In this document: positions 9,133-17,316 of the stretch, piece by piece
Layout of the letters: each line of letters opens with the position of its first letter
Position numbering within the stretch: position 1 is the stretch's first letter
Notes under the pieces: generated by a model
The model's input: only the letters and a program-made list of their open reading frames with translations
Told to the model about the DNA's origin: nothing
The model's database searches: none
Assembly: GCA_041946805.1 (NCBI GenBank)
Contig: JBHGBC010000049.1
Location: forward strand, 1-37,225
Length of the DNA: 37,225 nt
Origin: a bacterium
Lineage (GTDB): Bacteria; Hinthialibacterota; Hinthialibacteria; Hinthialibacterales; Hinthialibacteraceae
Reading direction: 5' to 3'
Made by a program: the position numbers and the translations under genes

Positions 9133-9656
9133 TGCGTTGGCTCCACGACTCCATAGATCCGAAAGAGGAATTTCCCATCGATTTTTTGCCCTTGGAGACC
9201 TTGGGGGAGAAACACGCGGACGCGCTCAGCCTTCTCTACCGGCAAACCCGAAAGGACCGGGACGCCAGCCAGCGGTTGCCGGTTCCCCTCTCCCTTGACC
9301 GCCCGAAAGAAGCTTTTTTTCGCCGCATCCTTCCGATTCTGGACGGATTCGATAATATCTTTAAATACGCCGGCCGCAGCGATATCCAGGGGGACGAGAC
9401 TCTGTCCAACTGGTTGAATACACTGGAAACCATGTACCGCCGCCTGCAATCGACTCTAGAAAAAGAAGGCCTGGTTGCGATAGAATCATTGGGGCAAAAA
9501 CTGGACCTCTCCGTGCATGAAGTCGTGCAAACCCGGGAAGAACCTGGAGTTCCGGATAACACCGTCGTGGAAGAACTGGTCAAGGGATACCGCTTCGGGC
9601 GGCGGATTTTGCGGGACGCCAAGGTGATCGTCGCGCAAAAACACTCCGCGGAATAA
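9132..9656 (+). CDS. grpE: nucleotide exchange factor GrpE (short, divergent)
   Basis: ILPILDGFD, LEKEGLVAIESLGQKLDLSVHEVV, VVEELVKGYRFGRRILRDAKVIV. TAATG stop/start overlap with the upstream gene. Confidence 0.88.
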   Translation: MRWLHDSIDPKEEFPIDFLPLETLGEKHADALSLLYRQTRKDRDASQRLPVPLSLDRPKEAFFRRILPILDGFDNIFKYAGRSDIQGDETLSNWLNTLETMYRRLQSTLEKEGLVAIESLGQKLDLSVHEVVQTREEPGVPDNTVVEELVKGYRFGRRILRDAKVIVAQKHSAE

Positions 9657-9837
9657 GAGATGAGCATGGAATTTCGCCCCGGGAAATTATAATACGGATT
9701 GAGAATCCCCGAACATCGGATTTCCAGTCAGGGAAACACAACGCCGCGGGTTTTCGGCGACAAAATGAATAAAATACGATATGATGATAACTGGCGCGTT
9801 GCGTGCCAGGGGACTTTGTCGGAGGAGTAGGTTTTAC

Positions 9838-11592
9838 ATGGCACACATTCTGGGAATCGATCTTGGAACAACCAACTCCGTGGTCGCGTACATGCAGGGG
9901 GAGAAATCGACGATCATCCCCAACGATCTCGGCGACCGTTTAACCCCATCCGTGGTGTATTTCCAAGAAGATGGCAATATTCTTGTTGGTAAAAAAGCCC
10001 GGCGCGCGGCGGGGCTCAATCCCCGGCGCTCGGTTTTCTCCATCAAGCGGCACATGGGTACGGGTTTCCGCGTGGATATCGACGGCCACAAGTACACGCC
10101 CCAGGAGATCTCGGCGTGTATCCTGCAGAAACTTAAAACCGACGCCGAGGCGTATTTCGGGGAAGAGTGCCCCCAGGCCGTGATCACGGTCCCCGCCTAC
10201 TTCACGGACGCCCAGCGGGCCGCCACCCGCGACGCCGGCCAGATCGCCGGCTTCCATGTGCGCCGGATCATCGACGAGCCGACGGCCGCCGCCATCTCCT
10301 ACGGCCTGGAAAAGGAAAACGACCAGATTCTCATGGTTTATGACCTCGGAGGCGGGACCTTCGACGTCTCCATTATCGAAATGGTCAAGGGCGTTTTCCA
10401 GGTTCTCTCCATCAAGGGCAACAACCATCTCGGAGGCGATGACTTCGACCAGCGGATCGTGGAATACATGCTGGGGCGCTTCAAGGAAAAAGAGGGGATC
10501 GACCTTTCCGACGACTACAAGGCCATGTTCCGCCTGCGCGAGGCCGCCCAGGAAGCCAAGATCGAACTCTCCGGCGTCACCCGGACCCAGATCATCGTCG
10601 ACGCCATCGCCATGACCTCCAAGGGCCCCATCACCCTCGAGGAAGAACTGACGCGGGCCACTCTCGAAAGCCTGATCGACGATCTCCTGGAATTGACCGT
10701 GGGACCCACCCAGGACGCCATCCAGGACGCGGGCCTGCGCCCCGAGGACATCTCCAACGTCCTGCTCGTCGGCGGCAGCACCCGCATCCCCATGGTCCAG
10801 CGGATCGTCGCCCGGCTGGTCAACAAGGAACCGCGCAAGGACATCAATCCCGATGAATGCGTGGCCCTTGGCGCCGGCATCCAGGCCTCCATCCTCGCTC
10901 CCCTGGACGACGAACTCCAGCAGACATCCGCCGACTATGTCCGCAAGGACGGGCCGGTCATCGTCCACCTCACCCCCTTCTCCCTGGGCGTGGGGCTTTC
11001 CGACGACCGCTACGGCGTCCTGATCGAACGCAACTCGACCTACCCCTCCGAGGCGCGCGACATCTTCACCACCACCCGCGACTTCCAGACCGCCATCAGC
11101 TTCCCCATCTACGAGGGCGAGGAAATGGTGGCGTCCCAAAACACGTTTCTGGACATGCTCCGGATCGACAACATCCCCCCCGCGCCCCGCGGCGTCCCGC
11201 GCATCGAGGTCACCTTCCGGCTCAACCAGGACCGCATCCTCGAAGCCACGGCCAAGGACCTGACCACCAACAACGAGGTCAGCATCACCGTCATGGCCAC
11301 CGACAACCGCCTCACCGAGGAGGAAGTCAAACAACTGACCCGCGACGCCCAGGAACGCGTGGCCCGCATGATGCGCCACCGCAAGGAAGAAGAACTCGCC
11401 AACCAGGTCGATTCCCTGCTCTTCAAGGCCCGCCGCATCTTCTCCGACCAGGAAGATCCCATGGCCGAAGAAGCCCTGCGCGTGGTCAACGAACTGGAAA
11501 TGGCGCGCAACCGCGCCGACGAGGACTCCGTCCAGGAAAAAATCGGCCAACTGACCGAAATGCTGACCAAATACGAAACCACCGATTATTGA
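9838..11592 (+). CDS. dnaK: Hsp70/DnaK family chaperone (divergent paralogue, 584 aa)
   Basis: GIDLGTTNS, TPSVV, VITVPAYF, EPTAAA, VYDLGGGTFDVS, LGGDDFD, LLVGGSTRIP, IPPAPRGVPRIEVTF. GGAGGAG Shine-Dalgarno at 9821-9827 supports ATG 9838. Confidence 0.93.
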   Translation: MAHILGIDLGTTNSVVAYMQGEKSTIIPNDLGDRLTPSVVYFQEDGNILVGKKARRAAGLNPRRSVFSIKRHMGTGFRVDIDGHKYTPQEISACILQKLKTDAEAYFGEECPQAVITVPAYFTDAQRAATRDAGQIAGFHVRRIIDEPTAAAISYGLEKENDQILMVYDLGGGTFDVSIIEMVKGVFQVLSIKGNNHLGGDDFDQRIVEYMLGRFKEKEGIDLSDDYKAMFRLREAAQEAKIELSGVTRTQIIVDAIAMTSKGPITLEEELTRATLESLIDDLLELTVGPTQDAIQDAGLRPEDISNVLLVGGSTRIPMVQRIVARLVNKEPRKDINPDECVALGAGIQASILAPLDDELQQTSADYVRKDGPVIVHLTPFSLGVGLSDDRYGVLIERNSTYPSEARDIFTTTRDFQTAISFPIYEGEEMVASQNTFLDMLRIDNIPPAPRGVPRIEVTFRLNQDRILEATAKDLTTNNEVSITVMATDNRLTEEEVKQLTRDAQERVARMMRHRKEEELANQVDSLLFKARRIFSDQEDPMAEEALRVVNELEMARNRADEDSVQEKIGQLTEMLTKYETTDY

Positions 11593-11661
11593 TCTCGCTT
11601 CGCGTTTCCCGGCCTTTCCCGGTCCGCCGGACTTGCAAATACAGTTCCAATGCGGTATCCA

Positions 11662-11685
11662 GAAGACGGCCCCCGGGCCGTCTTC
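11662..11685. other. perfect GC-rich hairpin downstream of dnaK (possible mRNA-stabilising or attenuating stem)
   Basis: gaagacggccc-cc-gggccgtcttc; no U-tract. Confidence 0.4.
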
Positions 11686-11748
11686 CACATTTTATGGCGG
11701 GATGGATTCACGCGGCGCGTCCCTCATCGGCTGGACCCCGTTTCTCCC

Positions 11749-11781
11749 CCCTCTCCCTCTGGGAGTGGGCTAGGGGGAGGG
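11749..11781. repeat. REP-like palindrome, CCCTCTCCC..GGGAGAGGG family
   Basis: ccctctccctctgggagtgggctagggggaggg, near reverse complement of 34224-34257. Confidence 0.7.
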
Positions 11782-11874
11782 CACCGTGTGACCTCCCCCG
11801 GGGCTCGATCGTTACCTGATTGACAAGCCCGGCCGGACCGGAGATGGAGCCGTTCAAGAAAGGAATACCGAAAG

Positions 11875-13470
11875 ATGGAGTGGATCCTGTGTCCCTCATG
11901 CGGCACGAGCATTCAAACAGACCTGGCTCCCCGGGGGGAAACCCCCGAGGACCAACAGGCCATCAAGCAGCTGATCGATACCGCCAACCGCCATTATAAC
12001 GAGGCGCTGGCCCTGGCGCGCGCGGGCAATCTGGACGAGGCGCTGGGCCAGGCCGAGGCCGCCATCGCCCTCGCGGGCCGCAATCCCAACTACCATCTCT
12101 TGCTGGGTTCCATCCATGCCCAGCGGGGCAGGTACGAGGCCGCCATTCAGGCTTGGGAGCGGGTGCTCTCTCTCAGCCCGGATATGGAGAACGCCTACAA
12201 CAATATCGACAAGGCCCAACGGCTGATGGATGAAACCCAGGAAGAACAGCGCAAACGCCCCTTCCTCCTGACGGCCATCGGGGCGGGAACGGCCGCCCTG
12301 TTTCTCCTGCTGACCACCGCTTTCTTCGGCGTGCAATCGTTTTACAAAAGTGGGAAAATCAGGGATTTGACCGTCCAACTGGAGAACCTGGCCACCCAGT
12401 CCAATAACTGGAAACAACAATTCGAAACCCTCAGTCAAAATTTCCCCACGGAGGGCATCGCCGGATTGACCGGACAGGCCGAAAATTGGAAAAAAATCGC
12501 CGGGGAACGCGAGAAGACCATCGCCCAGCTGCAAACCCGCCACAAGCTGGATCTCGATAAACGCAACCTGGAGATCCAGCAATTGACCCAGGCCAACACC
12601 AATCTGCAAAACGAAGCCAACGATCTGCGGCAAAAGGTCGCGCAAATCAATCCCCTCAACGCCGTCATCGCCACGAAAAACCAAACCATCCGCTCGCTCC
12701 AACAGCAGATCGAAAAACAGAAAGAAGAAATCCAGGCCGCCCTGGCCGAAACCGCCCAGATCAAGGACCAATTGGCCAAAGCGCTGGCAGAGGTGCAAAA
12801 GACACGGGACGAAACCCACCAAACGCTCGCCGCCAACCGCGCCGGGGCGGACCAAACCCTCGAATCCATGCGCGCCGAAACGCAAACCCTCCGCGATGAA
12901 CTGGCCGCCAAGGACCGCCAGATCCTCGACCGCCAATACGCCGACAGTCTCACCGTGAAAGCCGCCGAATCCCTGCGCCAGGGAGAATTCGACGCCGCCG
13001 GCGAGCTGATCCGCAAGGCCCTCGAGCGCAGCGCGGGCCATGAAGTGGCCCTCTATTACAAAAACCAGATCCAAAAAATTCTCGCTGATCCAATCGAACA
13101 AGAAGTCCTGCGCCGGGAAGCACGCAACCGCGACGCCTTGCGCCGCCAGGTTCTCGGCACCCTGGCCCAGGATAATTTGAAAGAGGCCAAATCGCTGCTG
13201 GACCAGGGCCGCTTCGACCAGGCCATCGCTCTGGGCAACCGCACCTTGACGGCCGTTCCGGAAGGATCGAAAGAAGCGGCGGCCTTTCAGGACCTCATCC
13301 AACAAGCCGAACAACGACGCGAGTACATCACCCTTCTGATCCTGGACGCCAAGAAATACATCGCCGCCCGGAATTTCAAGCAGGCGGAAACCATTCTGAA
13401 ACGCGTGTTGAAGGAATCCCCCTCCTCGGAAGAAGCCCAGTCGCTCCTCCAGCAGATTTCGTCCCGGTAG
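11875..13470 (+). CDS. single-pass membrane protein: CxxC, N-terminal TPRs, TM helix, long coiled coil, C-terminal TPRs
   Basis: CPSC near the start, then TPRs (YNEALALARAGNLDEA; LLLGSIHAQRGRYEAAIQAWERVLSLSP). Hydrophobic segment FLLTAIGAGTAALFLLLTTAFFGV, a Q/E/K/L-rich heptad region, and C-terminal TPR-like helices. Confidence 0.85.
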   Translation: MEWILCPSCGTSIQTDLAPRGETPEDQQAIKQLIDTANRHYNEALALARAGNLDEALGQAEAAIALAGRNPNYHLLLGSIHAQRGRYEAAIQAWERVLSLSPDMENAYNNIDKAQRLMDETQEEQRKRPFLLTAIGAGTAALFLLLTTAFFGVQSFYKSGKIRDLTVQLENLATQSNNWKQQFETLSQNFPTEGIAGLTGQAENWKKIAGEREKTIAQLQTRHKLDLDKRNLEIQQLTQANTNLQNEANDLRQKVAQINPLNAVIATKNQTIRSLQQQIEKQKEEIQAALAETAQIKDQLAKALAEVQKTRDETHQTLAANRAGADQTLESMRAETQTLRDELAAKDRQILDRQYADSLTVKAAESLRQGEFDAAGELIRKALERSAGHEVALYYKNQIQKILADPIEQEVLRREARNRDALRRQVLGTLAQDNLKEAKSLLDQGRFDQAIALGNRTLTAVPEGSKEAAAFQDLIQQAEQRREYITLLILDAKKYIAARNFKQAETILKRVLKESPSSEEAQSLLQQISSR

Positions 13471-13539
13471 CCACGGAACTGGATTCGTTTACCGAAATGC
13501 AGTGCTGTCTCTCAAGCGCCAACGGCGCGTTTATACTAT

Positions 13540-13865
13540 CCCAGCGCTTCAGCCCTGGGATAGTTGCGGCAAAAGGCATGAATTTCCTCTCCCTCGGGGC
13601 TGTTCTTTACCCGAAAGTCTTTTATGGATGTCATTCCCGCGAACGCGGGGATCCAGCCGGTTTTGTGGTGCAGGCATCCTGCCTGCAGCCAATCCCAAAG
13701 GGATTGAATGTGTTGTTTACGCCACCGCAGGCTGACGCTTGCGGCTATTCACATCAATCCCCCGCGGGGATGAAAATCTCATGCCGGATCAGGACTCTTG
13801 GTAAAAGATCAGTTTTTCGTAGGATGGGTTAGCGCGCCGCGCGTAACCCATCACAGCGTTACCCA
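13540..13865. repeat. intergenic cluster of REP-like palindromes (at least five families)
   Basis: cccagcgcttcagccctggg (about 13540-13559), gtcattcccgcgaacgcggggatcca (13630-13655), ttgtggtgcaggcatcctgcctgca (13663-13687), accgcaggctgacgcttgcggctattcacatcaatcccccgcggggat (13724-13771), gtaggatgggttagcgcgccgcgcgtaacccatc (13819-13852). Confidence 0.75.
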
Positions 13866-14041
13866 TCAAAACCTCCTTCCTCTTCCCCCTTCCCCCCTCA
13901 TCACCTTTTTTTTCTTGCCTGACTTGGCTGAATTCCGGCTTTTGGATTACCATACCAGGGAGCGGGCCGAATGATTGAGACGAATCAGCACGGCGGGCGG
14001 CGCGGACCGGACTCCGGACGCGCCCGGGAGCGGCGGCCATC

Positions 14042-14818
14042 ATGAACCAGGACAAAATGCGCGAATTGTTGAATCAGGTCCGTGGCGGTTCCATGGCCGT
14101 GGAAGAAGCCCTGACCGCCTTGAAACACCTGCCCTACGAGGATGTCGGTTTCGCCACCATCGATCACCACCGTTCCCTGCGCCAGGGAATCCCGGAAGTG
14201 ATCTTTTGCCAAAACAAGACCACGGACGAAATCATTGAGATAATCCACCGGTTGCTCGACCGCCACGAACCGGTGCTGGCCACTCGTCCGACGCCCGAAA
14301 CCTTCGCCGAGATCAAACGCCGTTTCCCCGGAGCCTGCTTTTACGAACGCTCACGCGCGTTTGTCATCGGCGCGGATCCCGAGGCGGCGGGAGTGGGTAA
14401 TGTCCTGGTGGTCTGCGCGGGAACCTCCGATCTCCCTGTGGCCGAGGAAGCCGTGGTCACCGCCCGCTTCACCGGCTCCCGCGTGACGCAGCTGACCGAT
14501 GTCGGCGTGGCCGGCCTGCACCGCCTGCTCAGCCGCCTGGATGTGCTCCGGGCGGCCAACGTGGTGGTGGTGGTGGCGGGCATGGAGGGCGCCCTGGCCA
14601 GCGTGGTGGGCGGACTGGCGGACATCCCCGTGATCGCCGTGCCCACCAGCGTCGGCTACGGAGCCAGTTTCGGCGGCCTCGCCGCGCTGCTGACCATGCT
14701 CAACAGCTGCAGCGCCGGGGTCACGGTCGTGAATATCGACAACGGCTTCGGCGCGGGATTCGCCGCCAGCCTGATCAACCGCAAAATCGCCCTATCCTCA
14801 ACGGAGAAACGAGAATGA
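14042..14818 (+). CDS. larB: nickel-pincer cofactor biosynthesis protein LarB (AIR carboxylase-like)
   Basis: DHHRSLRQGIPEVIF, AGTSDLPVAEEA, DVGVAGLHRL, VAGMEGALASVVGGL, VPTSVGYGA, MLNSC, VVNIDNGFGA. Confidence 0.95.
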   Translation: MNQDKMRELLNQVRGGSMAVEEALTALKHLPYEDVGFATIDHHRSLRQGIPEVIFCQNKTTDEIIEIIHRLLDRHEPVLATRPTPETFAEIKRRFPGACFYERSRAFVIGADPEAAGVGNVLVVCAGTSDLPVAEEAVVTARFTGSRVTQLTDVGVAGLHRLLSRLDVLRAANVVVVVAGMEGALASVVGGLADIPVIAVPTSVGYGASFGGLAALLTMLNSCSAGVTVVNIDNGFGAGFAASLINRKIALSSTEKRE

Positions 14819-16206
14819 AAACGCATCGGCTCGCTGTCCGCGTTTCCCCCGGCTGGATTCCTTTTCTCGCCCTGGGGGCCGCCGGTTTCCTGCTATGGCT
14901 TCCGCTCTCCACCCGGGCCGACCTGATCATCCTCAAGGACGGGACCCGGTTCCGCTGCGAAGTCCAAGGCGAAACGCGCTCTTCCGAGACCGGCATTCAA
15001 TACTATCAACTCAAAATCAACGGCTCCCTGATCTGGCTTGCCAAGGACGCCGTCGACCGCCTCGAACCTTCCGCGCCCATCGAACCGGCCGGTTCGGAAA
15101 ACCAGAACCTGATGCAGCGGCTGATCCAGGAAGGCACCATGGTCCCCGCCCAGGCCAATCCCCCCGAATTCGTCGAACCCCTCCAGACCGCCGGCCAGAA
15201 CATCGCCTTGCGGGTCAAGGAAATCCGGGGCTGGGCCTACCTGTACGAGAACGAAGCCGCCATCGAGGAACACAAGCGGGTCCCGCTTCATGGAGGCGAT
15301 TCGGTTCCCCAAGGCCAGATCCTTCAGGTCTCACCCAATACCCGCGCCACCCTCGAGATGAGCGGCTTGGGTGAAATCGGCCTCTATGGCGGCGCCCGCA
15401 TCCGCTTCAATGAAATCATCTACAACCGCGCCGTGAAGAGTTACAAGGTTTCCGCGCGGTTGGACCGGGGCCGGTTATGGATCCGCGTGCATCCCGAGGG
15501 AACCGGCGAAGGGACCGTCAACTTCACGCTCAACTCGGTCACCACCAACATCCAGAACGGGATTCTTTACATCGAAACCGTCGAAAAAGCCGGCGAGTTG
15601 GATCTCACATACGTCGAGGGACGCAAGGATCTGAATTTCTGGCGCAACCGGCCCGGCGAAGCCCCCTACCCGGTCTCCAGCGGCCAAGTGCTGCGGGTGC
15701 GGCCCGGCCTGAACCGCCTGCCCGTCGAACCGGCGGCGGATGTGACGGCCATCCAGGAACACATCCAGCAATGGACCGCCTGGCAGCCCGAAACCCTGGC
15801 CGTGCGCCTGGACCTGATCACTCCTCCCCTGAAAACCTTCCCCTCGTACCTGGCCCTTCCCGCGCTGCATCCTTATGAACTGACCATCGACCAATCCCTG
15901 GCCGTCCCCGCTGAAACCCGCAGCCTGGGGCAAATCCTGGCGGTCTACCGCGAAGCCCTGGAAAAATACAAAATCCATACCGGACGCTATCCCGCCCCCG
16001 AACACGGCCTCGATGCCCTGGTGAAAAGTTTCAACGTCCCCGGATGGAACGGGCCGTACATCGCGCCCGAGCTGCCCCGCCGCGACGCCTGGGGCTCCGA
16101 GTTCGTGTACGAACTCTACACCGAAAACAACCGCTCGTACGCCGGCGTGCGCAGCAAAGGCCCCAACCGCGAAGATGACAAGGGGCTGGAAGACGATATC
16201 CGGTAA
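14815..16206 (+). CDS. exported protein with a central FecR-like domain and a C-terminal GspG (T2SS pseudopilin) head domain
   Basis: Signal peptide, then a DLIILKDG small beta module, then a FecR-like beta region (LHGGDSVPQGQILQVSPNTRATL...LDRGRLW). C-terminus ALEKYKIHTGRYP..GLDALV..WNGPYI..DAWGSEFVY..RSKGPN..DDI. ATGA overlap with larB. Confidence 0.75.
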   Translation: MKTHRLAVRVSPGWIPFLALGAAGFLLWLPLSTRADLIILKDGTRFRCEVQGETRSSETGIQYYQLKINGSLIWLAKDAVDRLEPSAPIEPAGSENQNLMQRLIQEGTMVPAQANPPEFVEPLQTAGQNIALRVKEIRGWAYLYENEAAIEEHKRVPLHGGDSVPQGQILQVSPNTRATLEMSGLGEIGLYGGARIRFNEIIYNRAVKSYKVSARLDRGRLWIRVHPEGTGEGTVNFTLNSVTTNIQNGILYIETVEKAGELDLTYVEGRKDLNFWRNRPGEAPYPVSSGQVLRVRPGLNRLPVEPAADVTAIQEHIQQWTAWQPETLAVRLDLITPPLKTFPSYLALPALHPYELTIDQSLAVPAETRSLGQILAVYREALEKYKIHTGRYPAPEHGLDALVKSFNVPGWNGPYIAPELPRRDAWGSEFVYELYTENNRSYAGVRSKGPNREDDKGLEDDIR

Positions 16207-16366
16207 TGCAATGCCTATCCTTTTCCCTTGCCGTAACGTCTCAAGGATTGTCTTTTCCCCCAAAAAGCTGGATGGTAGAGGCCCGGGTTTTCGAGATCCG
16301 CCCCGGAACTTCCGGCCGGCGCTCGGAAAACCCATCCGATCTTCCCGGAAAGGAAAGGAGAATCTC

Positions 16367-17245
16367 ATGGTGAAACAGATGGTACATTTGGGTGCATGGC
16401 TGGCTTTGGGATTGGGGATGGTCTTCGTCAGTTCCCCCACGCCCGCCCCGGCCAAGGATTACCCGGCGGAATTGTATGTCGGCGGCTTTTTGATCGGCCC
16501 CCAGGCCTACTCGTTCAACCGCTTCAGCTTTTTCGAGGCGGTCGACAAGGCCAAGGAAGCGGGCGCCAGCGTGATCGAGGCTTTTCCCGGCCAACGCCTC
16601 AGTCCCGATGACAAACGGCCCTTCAATCATGACGCCCCTCCCGAAGTGTGGGCCAAGGCCAAAATGAAACTCCAGCGCACCGGCGTGCGGCTGGTCAACT
16701 ACGGCGTGGTGGGCATGGGCAGCACCGAGGCCGAAATGCGCAAGGTCTTCGATTTCGCCATCATCATGGGAATCCCTTGCGTCACCACCGAGCCGGCCAA
16801 GGAAGAGGACTTCGCGCTGCTCGACAAACTGGTCAAGGAATACAACATCAAGGTGGCGGTCCACAACCACCCCAAGCCGAGCAAGTATTGGGATCCCAAT
16901 TACCTGGCGAAATGCCTCCAGGGACACGATCCCCGCATCGGGGCGTGCGCCGACACCGGCCACTGGATGCGCTCCGGCGTGAAGCCCATGGAAGCCTTGA
17001 AAATCCTGGAAGGCCGGATCCTCAGCTCCCACCTCAAGGATCTCAACGAATTCGGCAATCCGGAGGCCCATGACGTGCACTTCGGCACCGGACAGGTTGG
17101 GATGAAGGAAATTCTCGATGAATTCCGCCGCCAGGGCTTTTGCGGCAATGTCTCTCTCGAGTATGAATACAACTGGGACAACAATGTGGGCGATATCGCC
17201 GCCTGCATCGATTTCGTGCGCGAATACGGCAAGACCAATCCGTAA
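16367..17245 (+). CDS. exported sugar-phosphate isomerase/epimerase family protein (xylose-isomerase-like TIM barrel)
   Basis: Signal peptide, QAYSFN, IEAFPG, VAVHNH, CADTGHW, HLKD, SLEYE. AAGGAG Shine-Dalgarno before ATG 16367. Confidence 0.88.
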   Translation: MVKQMVHLGAWLALGLGMVFVSSPTPAPAKDYPAELYVGGFLIGPQAYSFNRFSFFEAVDKAKEAGASVIEAFPGQRLSPDDKRPFNHDAPPEVWAKAKMKLQRTGVRLVNYGVVGMGSTEAEMRKVFDFAIIMGIPCVTTEPAKEEDFALLDKLVKEYNIKVAVHNHPKPSKYWDPNYLAKCLQGHDPRIGACADTGHWMRSGVKPMEALKILEGRILSSHLKDLNEFGNPEAHDVHFGTGQVGMKEILDEFRRQGFCGNVSLEYEYNWDNNVGDIAACIDFVREYGKTNP

Positions 17246-17269
17246 CCGGTTGCCGGATTGAAACAAACG

Positions 17270-17306
17270 CCGCCGCCGGGAGCATCGATCCGGCGGCGGT
17301 TTTTTT
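17270..17306 (+). terminator. rho-independent terminator
   Basis: 10-bp stem ccgccgccgg / ccggcggcgg followed by T7, about 25 nt after the stop at 17245. Confidence 0.85.
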
Positions 17307-17316
17307 ATCCTGCTAT

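Noticed and set aside
9940..11688. 582-aa ORF antisense to dnaK
   Set aside because: Long antisense ORFs opposite hsp70 genes are a known codon-bias artefact in GC-rich genomes, and this one has no recognisable motifs.
13497..13832. Short ORFs in repeat-rich gaps (13497-13832, 34-267, 4042-4252, 20470-20966, 34042-34411)
   Set aside because: They are translations of palindromic repeats (for example PHPSPLPKGEG-like and LSLWERARVR-like strings) with no start signals or protein motifs.
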